Shown: piece by piece, positions 58,454-64,000 of the stretch
How positions within the stretch are numbered: the stretch's first letter is position 1
How the letters are laid out: each line of letters opens with the position of its first letter
DNA from: Candidatus Hydrogenedentota bacterium
Lineage (GTDB): Bacteria; Hydrogenedentota; Hydrogenedentia; Hydrogenedentales; SLHB01
Length of the DNA: 64,000 nt
NCBI GenBank assembly: GCA_045863295.1
Contig: BTWA01000022.1
Location: 1 to 64,000, forward strand
Direction of reading: 5' to 3'
The notes under the pieces: generated by a model
Databases searched by the model: none
What the model was told of the DNA's origin: nothing
Seen by the model: only the letters and a program-made list of their open reading frames with translations
Made by a program: the position numbers and the translations under genes

Positions 58454-61306
58454 GTGAATCAACCGGCGGAACATACGGAACTCGTGGAAAAGGCCTTCCG
58501 GGGCGATTCACAGGCGTTTGCCCGCCTCGCCGAAGATCACTACCGTACCGCATACGCGGTGGCCTTCAGCATGGTAGGCCAATGGAGCGCCGCGCAGGAT
58601 ATCGCCCAGGAGACATTCTTGCTCGCGTGGTCGCACCGGGAATCCCTGCGCAACGCGCTCGCATTCGCCGGCTGGATACGCCGCATCGCAACAAATGTAT
58701 CCAAAAACTGGTTGCGCTCCGCATCCTATCGCAAGCGAATGGCGGAACACTACGCGAAAGCCGCTCCGGATTCTGCAACCCAAGGCGATCAACCTGACGC
58801 GCGTACGGACGAATCCATCCGGCGCGCGACCGTATGGGCGGCCCTGGAAACGCTGTCACCCGGACTACGCCAGGCGGTTGTCCTTTACTACCTGCACGGC
58901 GAAGCCATTCGAGATGTTGCCTCGGCACTGAATATCACGGAGAACGCCGCGAAGAAGCGACTGCAACATGCGCGCGAAAAACTCCGTGCGCATTTCGATG
59001 AACAGTGGAAGTCGGAAATGAAACGCGCGGCGGACGAAACGCGTATTTCCTCCCGCGAAAGTCGATTTCTATCTCTGTTGGCGTTGGGGCCTGCCGCGCC
59101 CGAACTGGCACAATCGGCGGCCGCGACGGGCATCGGGCTGGCCATCGAAACCGCAATGAAGAGCGGAATCGCACACAACATCCTGTTGGGGAGCGCAACC
59201 ATGACCGCAAAGAAGGCCACGCTAGTTGGAATTGCCTGCGCATCGATCGCGGCAAGTACTTATTGGGCCACGCACAGATCGTCACAAGATGCAGGACCGG
59301 CTGTACCTCCCTCAAAAGCGGAGGACACCGTGCAATTGGCCCACGCTGGACAAGACCAGCACGGAATTGACTCCGAATCGCCAACTCCTCCGGCAGAAGC
59401 AACACCGGCCAAACCCGCAGCCGTGGAGATTAGTCCGGATGTCCCGCAGGAAGACGAGATCGTTCCCAAGGAAATACCCAACCCCGCCGACTATGCATGG
59501 GTGGAAGGAATCGTCGTTGACAAAGACAATCGGCCCATCGCAGGTGCCGGCGTCACCGTTGCCGCGTTGGGACTGGAATTGCCGAAAGAGCTGCAGGGGC
59601 CCTTGCCGGCCGACCCCCAAGTCCGGCGGCAGGCGGAACGATTTCGAGAAGCATACGAACGGTTTTTGCGAAACCCTTTGCAGTACTGGTCGGGTACATC
59701 CGACGTTCAAGGCAGGTTCCGGATCGAGGGCATCCGATATCAGGGGCTCGGGATTGTTTCCGCAATGGCCGACACATATTCCAGCGAGATTCGGACAGTG
59801 CAGATTCTTCCCGCTGCTGCACCCGAATTCGTTAAACTGACGCTTCACGACGGCTTGACGGTCCGAGGCCACGTCCTCAGTTCAACCGGCTCCAATGTGA
59901 CGGATGCCTCTATCGTGGTGGGCGGATTCCTATCCGAAACTGAGGGCTCCAGCGGAAGTATTGGCACGGCTGTCTTCACAGGCCCACACGGCGAATTCCA
60001 GTTGGCGCTCCAAGGTCCCGGACTCCTGACGCTCCTATGTGACAGCCCTACCTTTGGTGTCGCCACGTTTGCAAACATTGCCCTCGAACCGGAAAAGGAA
60101 TTAACACTTCAATACGCCTCGCCGGCCTCCATAGCAGGCCTTGTAACCGATCAGAACAATGTCCCCGTTGCGTCGGCCAATGTAGAATTGACCGGACAAA
60201 TCGTGACCCGCTCCGGTTCGGGAATGTCGTCCCGGTCCGGCCAGATGCTTACCACAACAACCGATGCCAATGGGCGGTTTCTGTTTGAATCGGTGGATCC
60301 GGCCCAGGAATATGCCAGCCGCGTCTTTGCTCCTGGTGGCGAGCAATTGGCGCAAGGCCCACCTGTGCGCGACCTGAAGCCGGGAACGCAGAGGGAATTA
60401 AACATTAAATGTCAAAATACCATGAAGATTACCGGCCATGTCACCGGTGAATCGTCCGGAAAACCGCTTGCCAATGTTCACATCATGGCAATGCCAGAAA
60501 TCATGTTTACGTCGCCGCCTCCAAACGGACAAATTCAGCCGCTCAGCACAATCAGCGGCAATGACGGTGAATACGAATTTACCATCACGGGAGATCCCGG
60601 CGCGTACGGTGTCATGATACTCGCAGGCGCCTACGGGCTCTCCGGCGGATATGGAGGCTCTGGAACACCGCCGCATGTCACCGTCGAACTGGATCACGGC
60701 GAACATAAGAAATTGGACCTGAAAGCACCCGATCCCATGGAACGAGCCTTTCTCGTCGTCGATACGGAGGGCAATCCGGTTGGCCAGGCAAGTACCAGCA
60801 TCAATGTTCGCTTTCCGAATGGCGGAGGCTCGGGCAGCGGTGTTCCCGATCATAGCGGCGACGACGGGCGCGTCGTCATTCGCGGTATCGTGCCGGACGC
60901 CGAAACGTGGATTACATTTCGAAAGGACGGATTTGTCGATAGCAAAAGCGCTGTTGTCGTCATGGAACCCGGGCAGTCCATGGCGGAGGAAACGGTGATC
61001 ATGCACGCAAAAACAGGCGTTGAGTTTACCGTGACCGGCCCCGACGGAACGGCGCTGGCCAATATCCCAGTGACACTTGTGCCCGCAACCGAATCCCGGA
61101 CATTCGATACTTCGAAAGCACGTTCAGACGCGAATGGACTTGTGACTGTCCTGGAGGAGATACCGTCGGGAGTGGTCGCCCTGAACATTTACGCAACCAC
61201 CAATTCGGACAATGGTACCACGAACATGACAGCGGTCATCCCGTCGGTCGCACTCACTCCTCACGCGATCAACTCGCTGGGATCAGTCAAATTGCGAATC
61301 GAATGA
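58454..61306 (+). CDS. ECF sigma-70 factor fused to TM helix and carboxypeptidase-regulatory-like repeats
   Basis: sigma2 (AQDIAQETFL.AW, FAGW..RIA.N) and sigma4 (LYY..G...VA..L.I...A.K.RL..AR..LR); repeated G.V.D....P..GA.V modules. GGAGG RBS before GTG 58454 (ATG 58427 is an alternative). Confidence 0.88.
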   Translation: MNQPAEHTELVEKAFRGDSQAFARLAEDHYRTAYAVAFSMVGQWSAAQDIAQETFLLAWSHRESLRNALAFAGWIRRIATNVSKNWLRSASYRKRMAEHYAKAAPDSATQGDQPDARTDESIRRATVWAALETLSPGLRQAVVLYYLHGEAIRDVASALNITENAAKKRLQHAREKLRAHFDEQWKSEMKRAADETRISSRESRFLSLLALGPAAPELAQSAAATGIGLAIETAMKSGIAHNILLGSATMTAKKATLVGIACASIAASTYWATHRSSQDAGPAVPPSKAEDTVQLAHAGQDQHGIDSESPTPPAEATPAKPAAVEISPDVPQEDEIVPKEIPNPADYAWVEGIVVDKDNRPIAGAGVTVAALGLELPKELQGPLPADPQVRRQAERFREAYERFLRNPLQYWSGTSDVQGRFRIEGIRYQGLGIVSAMADTYSSEIRTVQILPAAAPEFVKLTLHDGLTVRGHVLSSTGSNVTDASIVVGGFLSETEGSSGSIGTAVFTGPHGEFQLALQGPGLLTLLCDSPTFGVATFANIALEPEKELTLQYASPASIAGLVTDQNNVPVASANVELTGQIVTRSGSGMSSRSGQMLTTTTDANGRFLFESVDPAQEYASRVFAPGGEQLAQGPPVRDLKPGTQRELNIKCQNTMKITGHVTGESSGKPLANVHIMAMPEIMFTSPPPNGQIQPLSTISGNDGEYEFTITGDPGAYGVMILAGAYGLSGGYGGSGTPPHVTVELDHGEHKKLDLKAPDPMERAFLVVDTEGNPVGQASTSINVRFPNGGGSGSGVPDHSGDDGRVVIRGIVPDAETWITFRKDGFVDSKSAVVVMEPGQSMAEETVIMHAKTGVEFTVTGPDGTALANIPVTLVPATESRTFDTSKARSDANGLVTVLEEIPSGVVALNIYATTNSDNGTTNMTAVIPSVALTPHAINSLGSVKLRIE

Positions 61307-61399
61307 TATGGAATTCGGCTTGCCCCAAGCTCTATGATGACAAGACCCGGTGTGCCGGACGGTGCCACGATCCTTTTGATACGACTTGGGAGCCTTACC

Positions 61400-62161
61400 G
61401 TGAACATTCGCAAATTCGCGTTACTACTAGCCGCGTTCGCTACAACTGGAGGCGCATTCGCAATCGCCCAGGAGGAAGCCCAGTGGCAATCGCTGTTCGA
61501 CGGTTCTACCCTGAATGGCTGGAAACAGCTCAATGGCACAGCCACGTATACGGTTGAAGATGGCGCCATTGTAGGCACCACGTCTCCCGGCTCCCCCAAC
61601 AGCTTCCTGTGTACTGAAAAAGACTATGGCGACTTTGTATTGGAACTCGAATTCCTGGTTGATGAGGCCCTGAATTCCGGTGTACAGATTCGCAGCCAGA
61701 GCCTGCCCGATTACAAGGAAGGCCGCGTACACGGATATCAAGTGGAAATCGATCCGAACCAGACCAAGCCTCACGAGAAAGAACCCGCGAACGAACGGGC
61801 CAATGGCGAAAAGATTCCGCTGGGCACGGAACCCCGCTGCTGGACCGGCGGTATCTACGACGAATCTCGCCGCGGCTGGCTCAATGACCTCACGAAGAAC
61901 GAACCCGCTCGAAAGGCATTCAAGCCGGGAGAATGGAATCACTTCCGGATCGAAGCCAAAGGGGATTCGATCAAGACATTTCTGAATAGCGTGCCTGCGG
62001 CGGACCTCAAGGACGACATGACGCTGAAAGGCTTTATCGGCCTGCAGGTGCATTCCTCCAGCAGTGAAACGCCGCTTCACGTGCGGTGGAAAAACATCCG
62101 CATTCAAGTCCTGGACACGCCGGAAGGCGATGCGCCGAAGCCAGCAAAACGCGAGAAATAG
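61400..62161 (+). CDS. DUF1080 (3-keto-disaccharide hydrolase/lyase family) secreted protein
   Basis: LFDG.TL.GW, YGDF.LELEF, NSGVQIRS, GYQVEI, EWN and GFIGLQVH motifs. Confidence 0.92.
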   Translation: MNIRKFALLLAAFATTGGAFAIAQEEAQWQSLFDGSTLNGWKQLNGTATYTVEDGAIVGTTSPGSPNSFLCTEKDYGDFVLELEFLVDEALNSGVQIRSQSLPDYKEGRVHGYQVEIDPNQTKPHEKEPANERANGEKIPLGTEPRCWTGGIYDESRRGWLNDLTKNEPARKAFKPGEWNHFRIEAKGDSIKTFLNSVPAADLKDDMTLKGFIGLQVHSSSSETPLHVRWKNIRIQVLDTPEGDAPKPAKREK

Positions 62162-62163
62162 AC

Positions 62164-62346
62164 TCAATCGCGCGCGCCCTCGGCATGAAAATCCACGACC
62201 GTGTGGTTCGCCACGCGAAAAGAGACTTGTATCGGATTGCAGCAGACCTCGCAATCCTCGATGTACCACTGCGTACGAGCGCTCAAATCCAGCAACATGG
62301 AAACGCGCTGCCAACAATAGGGGCAAGTAAAGAAGTATTCTTCCAC
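62164..62346 (-). CDS. CPXCG-motif cysteine-rich protein
   Basis: CPYC ... YIEDCEVCCNPI. Confidence 0.88.
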   Translation of the reverse strand: MEEYFFTCPYCWQRVSMLLDLSARTQWYIEDCEVCCNPIQVSFRVANHTVVDFHAEGARD

Positions 62347-63626
62347 TATTCGTTGGAATCCTCTTCCGCATCCATGCGAAAACGCACGAGATACATTTGC
62401 CGTGTGCCGTCATCAGACACCCCAGGCACTAGAAACGCATCGCCTCTCCGGTTCCAATTCGGCGACGGATCGATGCGAAGGTCCCCGCTGTCCCGCCCGC
62501 CATCGCTAAACACAGACGAAGTCGCGCTGACACCGTCCTCGATTCGATACAGCGTGTACCGATTGCCGTCGACGCTTCGAAATCCATTCACGAACCACCG
62601 CCCATCCGGTGACAATGCAATGTCGCCTTCGGGATTCGCGAAAGTGTCCGGAAGCCCAAGGTATCCCGACACCGTCCTCCGGCTCGTATCGTAGATGGCT
62701 TGGCGCTTTTCCTCACGGCCAATGATTCGAACGCCGTCGAGCCATTCTGGATGCCCGCCGATAAGCTTGTGCGTTGTCAATTCACTTCCATCAGGCCGAA
62801 AGGTGATGGGCACATTGATCTGTTTGCCGCGCTCCACGGACCCATCCCATCCCCCTCGCACAAACGCGTAAACGCGCGAGTCGTCGCGGCTCCATAGCGT
62901 ATGATTGATAAAAAGCGGAATCTCGTCCACGTCCGGCCGCTTGTCTCGTATCAGGTCTGCGAGCGACTTGTACGATACGACCAGCGCTTTTTCACCGGTT
63001 TCGATGTTAACCCTGAATATGCCATCGTCCGCAGGATGCGCGACGTCTCGGGTCCAATCGAACGATTCCGGATATCCCGTCACAGGGCGCAGACGCGCAA
63101 GACGCCCGTAGTTGATGGCCATAAACCAATGACCCTGCTGCGCGACACCGCTATTGCCCACGGGCGCATCGTCAAACCGATACTCCTTTACGCGCCTCCC
63201 AGGCAGCCCGCCCGAAATGTCATACAAAACGGTGAATACCTTTCCGGACTCTGCATCGCGGTCATTGAAAAAAAACTGCGAATCCGGCTGTTGCGGGTTC
63301 CAATAAAACATGGTGCCCTGCTGTGGATTCCAGGCTCTCGTCTCGTCTATCCGGTTTGGGGTATAGCCATCGTCAACATCCAACAACACGATTTGCGCCG
63401 CATCGTCGGCGCCGGGCATGCGATCGATAGTCTCAATCTCCAACGCCAGAATAAAACGGCCGCTCTCGTTCCAGGGTATGTTTTGAACATGACCAATGTA
63501 TCCGAAGAAATGATGCTTGGGCCCGCGCGTGATCTGCTCCGTCTCGAAGGAAATCGGCTCGCTGTGTCCAAAGGAAATGGAACAAGTCAGGATACACACC
63601 CAGAATAGGCACAAAAGTGTCTTCAT
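62346..63626 (-). CDS. Secreted hypothetical beta-propeller protein (TolB/oligogalacturonate-lyase-like)
   Basis: Signal peptide; HHFFGY...PW, AWN.QQG, NH..WS.D and RID..P.W motifs. Confidence 0.65.
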   Translation of the reverse strand: MKTLLCLFWVCILTCSISFGHSEPISFETEQITRGPKHHFFGYIGHVQNIPWNESGRFILALEIETIDRMPGADDAAQIVLLDVDDGYTPNRIDETRAWNPQQGTMFYWNPQQPDSQFFFNDRDAESGKVFTVLYDISGGLPGRRVKEYRFDDAPVGNSGVAQQGHWFMAINYGRLARLRPVTGYPESFDWTRDVAHPADDGIFRVNIETGEKALVVSYKSLADLIRDKRPDVDEIPLFINHTLWSRDDSRVYAFVRGGWDGSVERGKQINVPITFRPDGSELTTHKLIGGHPEWLDGVRIIGREEKRQAIYDTSRRTVSGYLGLPDTFANPEGDIALSPDGRWFVNGFRSVDGNRYTLYRIEDGVSATSSVFSDGGRDSGDLRIDPSPNWNRRGDAFLVPGVSDDGTRQMYLVRFRMDAEEDSNE

Positions 63627-63683
63627 TCGCCAATCTCCATCCATCAACGTCGCTCAAACCACAATCTACAGTACGGCAATACG

Positions 63684-64000
63684 CTAAGGCAGCACCGGAT
63701 CAAACCTCACGGTCACCTCGACTGCAGCGCCACTTAATCCTGCCGTGCGAATCACGAGACGTCTGACTCCGGCATTTGCTCGTTCCGGCGCAGGCCGCTC
63801 GGCCGACTCAACGCTAAACGCCGGACCCTCGGGCGACACTATCCGCGCGCGCAACCGTTTGCCATCCAGAGAGAGCATCGCCTCGGTCCCGTTAACGGTA
63901 ATCTCCGCATCGGTCGTCATTCCCCACACGATATCGCAGGGAGTCTCGATCTCGAATCGATCGTTCACCACCACGGCACGGCGATTCTCAGTCAATCTAA
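63684..64000 (-). CDS. C-terminal fragment of a probable heparinase II/III-family protein (runs off window)
   Basis: Frame open to the window edge; V.D.......WGMTTDAEI....A.L...GK.L.A.I.SP....F pattern. Confidence 0.5.
   Translation of the reverse strand, partial: RLTENRRAVVVNDRFEIETPCDIVWGMTTDAEITVNGTEAMLSLDGKRLRARIVSPEGPAFSVESAERPAPERANAGVRRLVIRTAGLSGAAVEVTVRFDPVLP

Overview
Gene-dense bacterial DNA of moderately high GC. The gene content suggests a diderm glycan degrader such as Hydrogenedentota or Planctomycetota; this is inference only. About 43 CDS are present. Most serve carbohydrate use: GH106-, GH95- and GH2-like hydrolases, a DUF4838 protein, a CE12 esterase, a PL1-FGE fusion, a sialidase-like protein, a sulfatase and a partial heparinase-like gene. 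There are also three Gfo/Idh/MocA oxidoreductases, two TIM-barrel isomerases, three L-fucose-isomerase-like paralogs, two PmoA/DUF6807 proteins, a DUF1080 protein and two Na+/solute symporters. A MacAB-TolC-type exporter and a membrane-anchored ECF sigma factor complete the set. No rRNA, tRNA, CRISPR array or transposase was recognised. The most notable items are five. (1) A GntR-controlled divergent module at 3.6-8.6 kb pairs a variant KdsB with a deoxyhypusine-synthase-fold protein lacking the catalytic Lys, a DUF1349 protein and a symporter. (2) A two-copy MITE-like element; its copy at 55909-56163 duplicates a CTAG that carries the stop codons of two convergent genes. (3) The three fucose-isomerase-like paralogs have Tat-type leaders and sit among other Tat-type redox enzymes. 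(4) A CsxA-like GH2 appears to lack its nucleophile. (5) A palindromic-repeat-dense zone surrounds a TudS/DUF523-like gene, next to a low-GC Cys-rich peptide plus DUF1573 pair. All family calls come from motif recognition by eye, with no database search. Several starts were moved to downstream codons based on RBS or signal peptides.
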